From contig NC_068981.1 of the NCBI RefSeq assembly GCF_001194135.2, positions 55,673,471 through 55,737,470 of the forward strand: DNA of 64,000 nucleotides, given 5' to 3'. The notes below the pieces were generated by a model, which searched no databases, was not told where the DNA came from, and was given only the letters and a program-made list of their open reading frames with translations. Position numbers and translations under genes: made by a program. Positions 26,227-37,595 of this stretch are shown here, in pieces. The stretch's first letter is position 1. Every line of letters starts with the position of its first letter. The stretch comes from Octopus bimaculoides (taxonomy: Eukaryota).

Positions 26227-27126
26227 CTATGATTTTTCTCTTGTATGAATATGTTTGTGTCGAGAGAAGAGACCACTTTGAGAGAATCTTTTACCACAAA
26301 CATCACAATGGTAAGGACGTTCTCCTGTGTGAATACGTTTGTGTTTAGAGAAATGACCACTTTGAGAAAAATTTTTATCACAGATATCACAATGATATGG
26401 ATGTTCCCCTGTATGTATACGTATGTGGCCAGACAAATGACCCTTTGTAGAGAATGTTTCATCACAAATATCACATTGGAATGGTCTTTCTCCTGTGTGT
26501 ATACGTATATGAGAAACTAAATTACTAGGCACAGAAAATGTTTTACTACAAATGCCGCAGTGGTATGGTTTTTCTCCTGTATGAATACGTTTGTGGGAAA
26601 CTAAATGACCAGTTTCAGAGAATGCTTTACCACATGTACCACAATGGTAAGGTTTTTCTCCTGTGTGGATAGATAAACGACCCTTTTGAGAGAAATTTTT
26701 ACCACATACATCACAATGGTATGGTTTTTCTCCTGTGTGAATACGTTTGTGCTGAGAGAAATGATCCCGTCTAGAAAATGATTTATCACAAATATCACAG
26801 TAGTATGGCCTTTCTCCAGTGTGAATACGTACATGGTCAGATAAACGACCCTTTCTACAAAATGTTTCATCACAGACATCACATTGGTATGGTTTCTTTC
26901 CTGTATAAATCCTCTTGTGGGAATTTAAACTGTCACTGGTCGAGAAGTTTTTATGACATATATCACAGTGATGCTGTTTTTTACCAGAGTGAACACATTT
27001 ATGGGAAGATGATAAATTACTTGTCAATAACTTCCCACATACTTCACAAGGCTGTGATTTCACTTCTGTATTTTCTTGTGTTTCATCAGACAACTCAGTA
27101 TTTTCAGGTTCTGCTTTCTCTTCCAT
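26227..27126 (-). CDS. ZF3: poly-C2H2 zinc-finger protein, ~299 aa, 10 finger units of which 3 are degenerate
   Basis: The ORF track start at 27141 is a TTG; the ATG at 27126 (MEEKAEPENTE) aligns with the paralog starts. One finger ends in Y, and one has a 12-bp deletion. Confidence 0.85.
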   Translation of the reverse strand: MEEKAEPENTELSDETQENTEVKSQPCEVCGKLLTSNLSSSHKCVHSGKKQHHCDICHKNFSTSDSLNSHKRIYTGKKPYQCDVCDETFCRKGRLSDHVRIHTGERPYYCDICDKSFSRRDHFSQHKRIHTGEKPYHCDVCGKNFSQKGRLSIHTGEKPYHCGTCGKAFSETGHLVSHKRIHTGEKPYHCGICSKTFSVPSNLVSHIRIHTGERPFQCDICDETFSTKGHLSGHIRIHTGEHPYHCDICDKNFSQSGHFSKHKRIHTGERPYHCDVCGKRFSQSGLFSRHKHIHTREKS

Positions 27127-27486
27127 AACTTTATCAATCAATAGTTTCCATGTCTGATAGTCTTTGTTAAAGTCTAATTATGTTTCAGCTCTTAAGAAGG
27201 AACTTCCACATGGATGTATTTGAATAGAATTTTGCAATTATAATGAGCATCCAAACAACAAAATTGGATTAACGGGGTGTGAAAGGTCTTACTCAAAGGT
27301 TATTTGAAATGTCATTTTAATCTTCCAGTAATTGTACAAATTTTTGCAAATAATCTCAACCCCAAGGAAATATTTCACATTATTTCAACCAAAAATTGCA
27401 AGAACAAGCTGACATTAGTTATTTTTAGTCTTTAAAAGTGGATAAAAATGTTGATAATTTGCAGTAAAATACTTCAATCTGAGTGT

Positions 27487-27515
27487 CATCTGATAACCTG
27501 TAATGAAAGATAACA
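27487..27515 (-). promoter_or_regulatory. Predicted splice acceptor of ZF3 (AG 27499-27498; exon starts 27497)
   Basis: ctttcattacag|GTTATCAGATG on the minus strand. Confidence 0.72.
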
Positions 27516-27829
27516 TAAGACAAATGGTACAATGAAAGCAAAAACATGAAAATTATAAGAATAAAGATATTTGATTACAGGTATTGAAATTGAGAACACT
27601 CATATAGAGTAAGAACATATTTACACTGAAAAGACACTGATGAGAAATGTAATGAGAATGGATAAAAGGGACCCTGATGCAGGTTTTGGAATTTAGACCA
27701 TCCAAAACCTGCTGGTGCTACATCAAGCTTTGTAGAACATTCTAAAATTATATTTTCCACATGATTCAAGTAAACAAGAATACATAACTATGCCTTAATG
27801 AATGAAAAGTAAGAGGAGAGTATGTACGG

Positions 27830-28245
27830 TCAGAGTTTTCTATGGTCAGATGCCCTTCCTGTTCTGGTTTCTAAGCAAGGTAAAAACATCCCAGTTTTTT
27901 GAACAACAAACAGCCCAAATAGGTGGAAACAAACAACACCATAAGAATAATTTTTTTTAATAAAGACTGTGCAACACAAGATGTCTGAACATGCTTTCAT
28001 AATGTATCTGCAAGCAAATGACACTACCAGCAAAGCCATTGTTCACACATGTGAAGATGAGCAAAATATAAACTCTCTTTCTCTCACACATGAGAAACTT
28101 CTTTCAGTTTCCATCAACCAAATCCACTCATAAAGCTTTAGCTATCCTGAGACCATAGAAGACACTTGCCCAAGATGCCATGCAATGAGACTGAACCCAG
28201 AACCACATGGTTGTTGAGAAGCAAACTTCTTAACCACACAGCCAT
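27830..28245 (-). mobile_element. CORE-type SINE variant with RTE-like tail
   Basis: Head at 28190-28245, gacacttgcccaag core, gatgcccttcctg tail motif. Confidence 0.65.
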
Positions 28246-30088
28246 GTATCTGTAATATACATACACATGCATACACACACATATATACACACACACAGAC
28301 AGTGAAATTTAAACTTGCATAACAAATAACTATTATCTAGAGGTCTATATGTTTTCCTGTGTCTAGAGAGAAGTCACAAGGAGGATTCTTATTAAAATTC
28401 ATGAATCATTTGGTGGGAATCTGCAACTGGGCATGGAACAGTGCTATAAAACACAAAAGTTTCTACATATTAGTCAAATTGCCAATACAATAGACCCCTA
28501 GAAAGAAATATACAGATCAACAATCTTTACACCTAACCACATCCTCTTGTGAACATCAAAGCACAAGATAAACAAATATATATACTAACAACACCATGAC
28601 ATGCTTCATTAATAACCTCCACCTTCCAAATACAAACAAGAAATACCCTAAATAACATTAACAAGTAAATAAACTGACTGACCAGTTAAAACATATCAGC
28701 TACTTACACTATTTTGTGAATACTTACAAATTCCATTACAAAAAAGTTGGCACATCCAATTACTGGACTTAACTTTAAACTCTGACTTATACATTGCCAT
28801 AGCAAAAGATTAAATTCAATATAACTAAAACTGATGACCAAAAAAGTTTCTTCTACCTACCCACTTCCTTTCTGTGAACCACTAAAAAAACAATTCCATA
28901 ACCTGAAGCTGACACACCTAAATATACACACCTGTTTACAAAGTTCTACATGCACAAATAAATTCTGAACAATAACATAACCACAAATTTAATCAATAAA
29001 GAATTTCTCTATAACACCTCTTCATCACAGCCTACCCTACAAGCTTATTGCCATTCAACTGAACCCCACAAACTCCAGTAAAATTTTATCTCAACAGAGC
29101 CAATATAAAACCAAGATTATCTTGATGCATCACAATCTGACGATGGCTTCGACGTCATTGTCAATACTATTCTTGTTAAAAAATAATTTGTACTCTACAA
29201 AATTGTGGACTAACCCTTCAGGTTGATATAAAACTGATTTTATTATAACTGAACATAAAAACAAGCATTAACTTTTAACAAAAAACAAACATATAACTTA
29301 ACAAACTAATCCGATAAGCAGTTACTGTTATTATGTTGACTGACCATTGTAATTTTCAAAACTGACTTCAGTTTCCTCCTTTTTTTTTGCATTAAGTTCT
29401 GAACATATAAAAAGAAACAATACTTTACAACGATTGGACTCGTGTTATTACTAGTTTTCCCTTGATGACCAACAAAAACGGTCATAAATTTCAAATATGT
29501 TTTCATCAACAAAAATATCACTTCAAGGCTTTCTAACTGGCTTCTATATATTACCGTAATGGGGGGATTGAGCACAGGCGTTTTGATGAGGCTGCTTTGG
29601 TAATGAACGATTTGATACAGAAGGCAGACACACGTACACACAAACATATACACACAGATGCAAACACGCACTCACACACTAAATGTAGTGAAATTGAAAT
29701 GTGATGGTTTCAACAGAGAGTCACCTCCCTTTTACATGCCGAGGACGGTAAACAAAAAATTATTAAAAAGAAAAAAATGATAATATTAATATATTAAGAA
29801 ATATAGCTTTATTTAGTTTTTCCGTAATTATGATAATTCATATATGTTTTTAGTGGTTCAAGATCTGGAAAAATACTCTCAGTGTCAAAAAGGGGCCTTG
29901 TGTAGATTCAACAATGCCAAAACGCCCGTTAACCCTCTTATTGTCTTCTAGGATTTGTTTGAACCTATAGCCACCACCAGCTATCCAAAGTCATAGGGAA
30001 AGTGTTCTTAAAACATCATAGCCCTATATAAAAATATACGCAAGTATATATGTACTGAACGTAATCATAGTGCTCATCATCATCACCA

Positions 30089-30130
30089 ACTACTATTACT
30101 ACTACTACTACTGATAGTCTACTACTAGTA
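30089..30130. repeat. (ACT)n microsatellite
   Basis: Seen directly. Confidence 0.85.
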
Positions 30131-30567
30131 TTGCATTTTCCGTTTGAAGCTCTTGTTAAAATTGTCTGCAAGCCTTGATTTGATGATTTATCACGAGTTG
30201 CATGTTAAAATAGAAATTTGATCAGAATAATAAACTGGTAAATAAAACAACGAAATAAATATATACTGTGAATACCCTAGTATAGTAAAACTTTAAACAA
30301 CAAACATTTGTACAACACTGCATATGCTTTATACACACTTTTGTATACACCTGAGCACTGTATGCAATATTTTCATTATTATAATATCTAATTATATTTA
30401 ATTTAATAATAAGGATCTGACAAATTAACACTTTCTTATGTAATAAAGGTATTGGAAAAGATTTATATAACTTTTTAAAATCAACAACCTGTTTCTGTAG
30501 CAATTTAAACTGTGAAGATATACAATGGGGAAATAGGAAAACATATCTTACATGTGTATACAGTTAT

Positions 30568-30735
30568 TTGACTACACTCTCGGAGTGGTTGGTGTTAGGA
30601 AGGGCATACACCTGTAGAAACTCTGCCAGATCAGATTGGAGCCTGGTGCAGCCTTCTGGCTTGCCAGTCCTCAGTCAAATCATCCAACCCATGCTAGCAT
30701 GGAAAGCGGACGTTAAACGATGATGATGATGATGA
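30568..30735 (+). mobile_element. 5'-truncated RTE tail insertion with 13-bp TSD
   Basis: tgtatacagttat at 30555-30567 and 30736-30748 flanks the RTE 3' end with a (GAT)n tail. Confidence 0.88.
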
Positions 30736-31738
30736 TGTATACAGTTATGCATAAACTAAAGTGTCAGTGTTGTTTTGCACTAACCATTACTACTTCCATA
30801 TTCCTTTTAACTTTTCTTTGCTTTAATTTGAAATAGAAAGAGAGGGAAGTGCTCATAATCTTTGCTGGCCTAGGTGCATTGTGCAGTTGATGTTCAACTG
30901 AACATTGCAGAAACAGCATACTTGAGGTGGGAGAGTCAGAAGACTGTAGTTCTATGAAGGAAAGACTAAGCAATTTGTAATTTACTCTGAAGACAAAAAA
31001 AAAGCGTTTGTGTGTGTTGTGTCTAAATTTTCCTGATATATTCCATGGCATGCAGACTCTGCAATGTACTATACATAAGCAAAGTGGGTTGCCATTATGG
31101 TTGTTTTGCTGGTTATGTTTCCTAGAAGCTTGTTAGTAGCCACTGACATTTATCATGGCTAAAGTAGTGTAGTTAGTGTTATGGTCTCCAGTCACAACCA
31201 AATTAAACTAAAACCTAAATCATGAAATGATGCTAAATATGCTGGACAATTATACCACCATTTCTTTAATATTTGCAAATTCCATTCCAGCCTGGACTCC
31301 ATCCACTAGCATTCAAACTACATGTGCTGCTCCTCTCCATGCTAACCTCTTACACTTTATTTACAGCCCATTTCTGCTGCTCAGGCTATGCTTAGTATTC
31401 GAACTTTGACTCTGAAAGGTGATCTTTGCATATATGTAAAATTCATCAATAAGGATTTTCAATTACTCTGGCTCAAATCTTCTTTCCACATTCCTCTCTA
31501 TCAATATTTAATTCAGTTGTAATTCTTTTTGTTTTGATATTTTGTTCAGAATGTAATAGATTATTCTTTTATATTTTCATAATAGTGTTAAAAAGTAAAC
31601 TGGTAAGATACATAGCAAAATCCATATAAACAAATTCATTTATTTTAAAATATATTATTTGCAAAAATATTTTATCACAAATTTTACAAAGCTATAGTAA
31701 AATAGCTTTGTATTTTACTATGGTAAAATACAAAGTTT

Positions 31739-32520
31739 CTATCCTGTGTGGATATGTGCATGTCGAGTTAGTGCATAATTTCTAGAAAATGTTTTACTAC
31801 AGAAAACACAGGTATGGTCTTTCACTTGTATGGATATGTTTATGTTGAGAGAAATGTCCTCTTTGAGAGAATGCTTTGCCACAAATATCACAGTAGTATA
31901 GCTTTTCTCTTGTGTGAATATGTATGTAGTAAGACAAATGACTCACTGTAAAAAATGCTTCATCAGAAATAACACATTGGTAAGGTTTTTCTCCTGTGTG
32001 AATACATTCATGGGTGGTATTTGATAGAGAGTAACTTTTCACATAGAGTAAGTTGTTTGTGTGTGTGTGTGTGAGTGTGTGAGTGTGTGTGTGTGCATAT
32101 AAACGCACACATATACATACATACATGTCAGTATATCTGATATCTGAGATATATAATCAAGAAAACAGATAAACTGGTGCCATCAAACAAAAATAGTGTG
32201 GTATTCACTCCAACTGGGTTGCACATAAGCTCCCTAATTATATTATCATTAATGTAGTAAAACAGTGATTAATCCATTGGAAACCAATTGTAACTAAGGA
32301 AGCTATTCACAAAGGGAGATGTCAAATAGATGAGCATTCTAAGAAAATGCATCACAACAGTTTTTCTCATGAATGCATCCATTTATTTCTAGACAAGTCA
32401 TTACTCTCAGAGAATATTTCATTACAAATATCACAGTGATATCTTGTGTGGCTGTTCACTTCTCTTATAAACACTTTTATACAAATAACAAAATCATATG
32501 CTTTCATTTCAGTGAAAGTT
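31739..32520 (-). pseudogene. psiZF4: decayed C2H2 zinc-finger paralog
   Basis: Minus strand has leader remnant TEMKAY, YHCDICNEIFSESNDLSRNK…* (32340-32450), a (CA)n-containing interruption, then HTGEKPYQC…, [21 protein letters not shown], a frameshift, and FSRNYALTRHAHIHTG*. Confidence 0.82.
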
Positions 32521-32524
32521 TATA

Positions 32525-33315
32525 TTCATCATCATCATCGTTTAACGTACGCTTTCCATGCTAGCATGGGTTGGACGATTTGACTGAGGACTGGCAGAGT
32601 TTCCTAATGCCAACCACTCCGAGAGTGTAGTGGGTGCTTTTACGTGCCACCGGCACGAAGGCCAGTCAGGAGATACTGGCAACGGCCATGCCCGAAATGG
32701 TGTATTTTACGTGCCACCTGCACAGGAGCCAGTCCAGCGGTACTGGCAATGAACTCGCTCGAATGTCTTTTCACGTGCCAGGAGGGCGACGTTGGTAACA
32801 ATCACGCTCAAATGGTGCTATTTACGTGCCCCCGGCACGGAAACCAGACAGCTGGTGCTCTGGCAACAATCACGCTCGGACGGTGCTCTTAGTGATCTAC
32901 TGGTACAGGTGCCATCATGATTTCGCTTTTGCTTGCCCCAACAGGTCTTCACAAGCCGAGTTTAGTGTTGAATGAAGAGACGTTGGCATGGGTGCCAGTC
33001 TACAGATTTAGTTCGATTTCNNNNNNNNNNGTCTTCACAAGCCGAGTTTAGTGTTGAATGAAGAGACGTTGGCATGGGTGCCAGTCTACAGATTTAGTTC
33101 GATTTCGATTGCACTTGCTTCAACAGGTCTTCGCAAGCGGAGTTTAGTGTCCAAAGAAGGAATGTTATGCGTAAGTGGGCTGGCTACATCCCAGGCAGAG
33201 GCCTTGAATTTTGGTCTCACTTGGCTTGCTGGGTCTTCTCACACACAGCATATTTGGAAAGGTCTCAGTCAGAAGTCATTGCCTTGGTGAGGCCTAATGT
33301 TCGGAGGTCGTGCTT
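32525..33315 (-). mobile_element. RTE LINE 3' UTR/tail, 5'-truncated, spanning a small gap
   Basis: Same sequence as 4836-5220 and 59875-60210; (GAT)n tail abuts the psiZF4 leader. Confidence 0.88.
33021..33030. other. Assembly gap (10 N) with identical 76-nt sequence on both sides
   Basis: 32945-33020 equals 33031-33106. Confidence 0.95.
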
Positions 33316-35069
33316 GTGGTAATTATGCTGAATGAATATTTAACCTCAGATACCACAATGGTGAGAAAGCATTGTTGGTGACAGTCACATATATAGATAC
33401 AGAATGTTTAGAACAAATGATAACACATACTTCACAAAAATAAGTAAGCAAATAAAATTAAATAATATTTCAAGGTTTTATTTTAATGAATTGTGTTTTC
33501 TGATCTTCACTATGTTCTCATTTTCAGTGATAGTTCACAGTAACACTGTGGATTAGCTACTGAAATGTTCTAAAAGGTTATCCGATGAAGTTGTTATGGT
33601 TCACTTAAATATAATTTTGTGGTAAAAGACAAGAACAAATTCTGAGGTTTTTGTAAAGCTGCTTCAAGAACTGATGTCATCTTCAATGACAATGTTAAGA
33701 AATACCAGTAAGGTTTACTAGCAAATATGGAAGCTTTGAACATGGAACATGTAAACAAAAATGCTTAAAATTTTTGCATTTCTCTGATCTTAACATTTGC
33801 AACACAATCTTCAGAAAGATAGCCAACCAACTAGTAACATACTTGTCAAGAGGGTATTAGCTATAGACTGATTTTGTACTCATCTTACTAGTGAAGTAAC
33901 AGCTTCTATGAATAATGATTTTGAGAATATTCTTCAATGGGAGCATGATGACTTAGATTCACCAACACAAAGACAGTTACTATACATAGCAAGAGAACAG
34001 TCTTGTACCTTAACCACTCTGTCACGAACAGGAGACACTGAAAAATTTATATCGCTACATATGCTAGACCTCACAATCTCTGATGATTGCTCATAGCAAA
34101 CTCACAAATACAATATCAATGAATCCCATCACAGAGGCTAAGGCTCTTCTTTAGGTTCAGGAAATACTTCACTAACTTATAAAAACAGTTCAAACTGCAA
34201 TACAATCTGTTCATATAAACTAGAATGTCCACAGAAAAATGTGTCAGAAACAATACCAGTGTACTTACTTTCATTAAGTGACAAGAAAGGGGAAGTACTA
34301 TTATGTGTAGTTGAGAATGAGAGTATAAATGGGACAATGAAGAACTCTTTCCAGTAGAAAGAAACAAATGGCTCGGCTATCAGCATGATAAAAAAAAGTC
34401 AGATGGAAGCAGGTTCATCAGGGAAAGTTAAAGTATCAAGATATTTAACTACTCTACGAAATATACATCGAGTGCAGGAAGATAATGGCTGAAGTAGCTC
34501 TTTCATCATCAATTGCAATAAAGAATATGCACTAGAAATGGAAAATTACACAGGTCTCAGTGTGATTGACCAAATATACATTGTATAGTCAAGTTAGTAC
34601 AGAAGAGAAGATGGAGCTTGTGTTTGTTACTAAGAAGTAGAGCAAGAGGTTCTATAATTTTAGTGAGACAACAGCAAGAGGTTCCAGTTAAGAACAGACA
34701 CCCTGCTTTACATTTATCAATTAGGAGAATACTTCAGATGGCACCACTGTTTGTAGTCTTATGTGTGCAAAGGAAACTATTACTCAATATATTCGAAGTA
34801 AGCAAATATGAGTTCAATAATGTGAATAAACAAAAATAAACAAAGGATGTGTTTTTTGGCAATTCTAATGTATGGAGAGGAATAATAAATATTAATGGAG
34901 GCATAAACTATCCAGATGGTCAAGTGCACATGAAAGGTACAATGGACTATCAGATAGACTACCAGAATAGAATGATTGCCATTAAACACTGATGGTGAAG
35001 AATAAGAATATGATAACTGATGTGGTAAAATCAATACCCACAAATTCATTATGTTCATATTTGTATTAC

Positions 35070-36506
35070 CTATAGATCACATGGCTGTAAGTTCTCTCCT
35101 ATGTGGATACGTTTGTGTTGAGTTAAATTATCACTTCTAGAAAATGTCTCACTACAGATATCACAATGGTATGGTCTTTCTCCTGAGTGAATACGTTTAT
35201 GTCGAGAGAAATGACCACTTTGAGAGAATGTTTTACCACATATATCACAATGGTATGGTCTTTCTCCTGTGTGAATACGCATGTGACAAGACAAATTAGC
35301 ACTTCCAGAACATTTTTTACCACAGACATCACAGTCATATGGTCTTTCTTCTGTGTGAATACGTACATGGCGAGACAATTCAGCACTTCCAGAATATGTT
35401 TTACCACAGATTTCACAGTAGTATGGTCTCTTTCCTGTATGAATACGTTTGTGGGCAACTAAATTGCTAGCAATGGAGAAAGCTTTACCACAAATATTAC
35501 AATGGTATGGTTTCTCCCCTGTGTGAATACGTTTGTGTTGAGTTAAACTATCACTTCTAGAAAAAGTTTCATTACATATATCACAGTGGTATGGTCTTTC
35601 ACCTGAGTGAATCCGTTTGTGTCGAGAGAGATGACCACTTTCAGAGAATGTTTTGCCACAGATATCACAGTGGTATGGCGTTTCTCCTGTGTGAATACGT
35701 ATGTGTCGAGAGAAATGACCTATTTGAGAAAATGTTTTACCACAAACATCACAGTGATATGGTCTTTCTCCTGTGTGAAGACGTATGTGGCGGGACAAAG
35801 CAGCACTTCCAGAATATGATTTATCACAGATATCACAGTGGTATGGTTTCTCTTCTGTGTGAATACGTTTGTGTGTAGACAAGTTAGAACTTCCAGAATA
35901 CGACTTCCCACAGATGTCACATTGATATGGTTTTTCACCAGTGTGAACACGTTTGTGGGTAACCAAATTGCCAGGCACAGAGAATGCTTTATCACAAACA
36001 TCACATTGGTAAGGTTTTTCTCCTGTATGAATACGTTTGTGGGAAACTAGATTACGCATTTCAGAAAATGATTTGTCACAGATATCACAATGGTATGGTT
36101 TCTCTCCTGTATGAATACGTTTGTGAGCAATTAAACCACCCTTCTCAGAGAATGCTTTACTACAAATATCACAAGTGTATGGCTTTTCCCCAGTGTGAAT
36201 ACGTTTGTGGATAGATAACTTATCCTTGCGAGACAAATTTTTGCCACAGATATCACATTGGAATGGTTTTTCTCCTGTATGAATACGTTTGTGGGAAAGT
36301 AAACTGCTATTTTGAGAGAATGTTTTATCACAAATATCACAGTGGTGCAGGTTTTTGCTACTAGAGAGAATACATTTATGGGAAGATAACAGATTGCTTG
36401 TGCTGAATAATTTTCCACACATATCACAAGCATATAAATTCACTTCTGTACTTTCTTGCATTTGATCAGATGAATCAGTATTTTCAGGCTCTGCTTTCTC
36501 CTCCAT
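35070..36506 (-). CDS. ZF5: poly-C2H2 zinc-finger protein, 478 aa, 1 degenerate leading finger plus 15 fingers
   Basis: Intact ORF, canonical linkers, leader MEEKAEPENTDSS…STEV. Confidence 0.93.
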   Translation of the reverse strand: MEEKAEPENTDSSDQMQESTEVNLYACDMCGKLFSTSNLLSSHKCILSSSKNLHHCDICDKTFSQNSSLLSHKRIHTGEKPFQCDICGKNLSRKDKLSIHKRIHTGEKPYTCDICSKAFSEKGGLIAHKRIHTGEKPYHCDICDKSFSEMRNLVSHKRIHTGEKPYQCDVCDKAFSVPGNLVTHKRVHTGEKPYQCDICGKSYSGSSNLSTHKRIHTEEKPYHCDICDKSYSGSAALSRHIRLHTGERPYHCDVCGKTFSQIGHFSRHIRIHTGETPYHCDICGKTFSESGHLSRHKRIHSGERPYHCDICNETFSRSDSLTQHKRIHTGEKPYHCNICGKAFSIASNLVAHKRIHTGKRPYYCEICGKTYSGSAELSRHVRIHTEERPYDCDVCGKKCSGSANLSCHMRIHTGERPYHCDICGKTFSQSGHFSRHKRIHSGERPYHCDICSETFSRSDNLTQHKRIHIGENLQPCDL

Positions 36507-36888
36507 ATTTTTCTTGTTTAACCTTATTTTCCTTGTAAGAAAAGAACTTCAAGTGGATTTATTAGTTCAGAATCTTATAATTAACAATCAGCAATTAAAG
36601 TTTCATTAAACTAATATAATAAATAAGATACATCTAGATATATAAATCCTTGCACATAACAATTCAAACTTCAGGGCAAATCTTCCATGTTTAATATGTG
36701 TAGAAAATCTTTTAGTGAGCATTTGTACAGAAAGTTTTGTAAATAACCTTAATTCTAAGGAAATATTTCACAGTCATTCAATCAAAAGTTGAAGAAACAA
36801 GATGACACCAGCTTGATGAAGATATTTTAGAGTTCAAAAGTTGATAAATATGTTGATAATCTACAGGGAAAAATTTTTTTCTTGGTGC

Positions 36889-36920
36889 CATCTGATAACC
36901 TGCAATAAAATACAACATAC
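36889..36920 (-). promoter_or_regulatory. Predicted splice acceptor of ZF5 (AG 36901-36900; exon starts 36899)
   Basis: gttgtattttattgcag|GTTATCAGATG on the minus strand. Confidence 0.75.
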
Positions 36921-37401
36921 GACATAAGAGACAATGCAATGAAGTGATAACATGAAGATTACTACAGAGGATATATTACACTATAAGTACTGAAAGTTAA
37001 AATAGCCAGAAAGAGTCAAAATTTATTTAGAGAAAAAAACAAAAAATTTTGATAATATAGATATGATGGAAATGAATGATAAAAACCTGTGAGTGTGGAT
37101 CATTGAACCACAGACCACTATATCAACAACAGCAGAAAATTACAAGAATGTTCTAAAATTATATTTTCCACCTGATCCAAGCAAACAAAAATATATATAT
37201 ATATATATCTACATCATAATAAACACAAAGTAGATTACTTATTTGGCTGAAACTTTCTTTGTCTGTCTTTTCAGAGATATCATAACCAATTCCAAGAGAT
37301 AAAACATTTTGTTTATATTGAACGTATTATTTTCAACCAATATAACAACCAGATAACCAGTTACTGACACTAAGATAATTGCCAACATCAACATAGTTTT
37401 C

Positions 37402-37595
37402 AAAGGGCATCCAGCTGTAGAAACTCTGCCAAATCAGATTGGAGCCTGGTGTTGCCATCCGGTTTCACCAGTCCTCAGTCAAATCGTCCAACCCATGCTA
37501 GCATGGAAAGCGGACATTAAACGATGATGATGATGATGAGTTCTCTCCTATGCTGGCATGGAAAGCGGACGTTAAATGACAATGATGATGATGAT
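37402..37595 (+). mobile_element. RTE tail fragment with tandemly duplicated 3' terminus (ZF5 intron 1)
   Basis: atgct(a/g)gcatggaaagcggac.ttaaa.ga..atgatg occurs twice in tandem. Confidence 0.8.

Noticed and set aside
27127-27141. ORF-track start of ZF3 at 27141 (MIDKV…)
   Set aside because: It is a TTG; the ATG at 27126 aligns with all paralog starts.
28440-29200. A/C-skewed stretch resembling an old LINE body
   Set aside because: No recognisable protein motif could be translated by eye.
28700-30553. Candidate ZF3 donors (GTAAGT at ~28701-28707 and ~28721-28727; AT|GTAAGA at 30551)
   Set aside because: No homology to the shared exon 1; such hexamers are common, so none can be assigned.
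30764-31051. 95-aa ORF and similar short intergenic ORFs (e.g. 9118-9516, 38070-38291)
   Set aside because: No domain signature; low-complexity or repeat-derived, within the chance length range.
32945-33106. 76-bp exact tandem duplication
   Set aside because: It flanks a 10-N gap exactly, which is typical of an unmerged contig overlap rather than biology.
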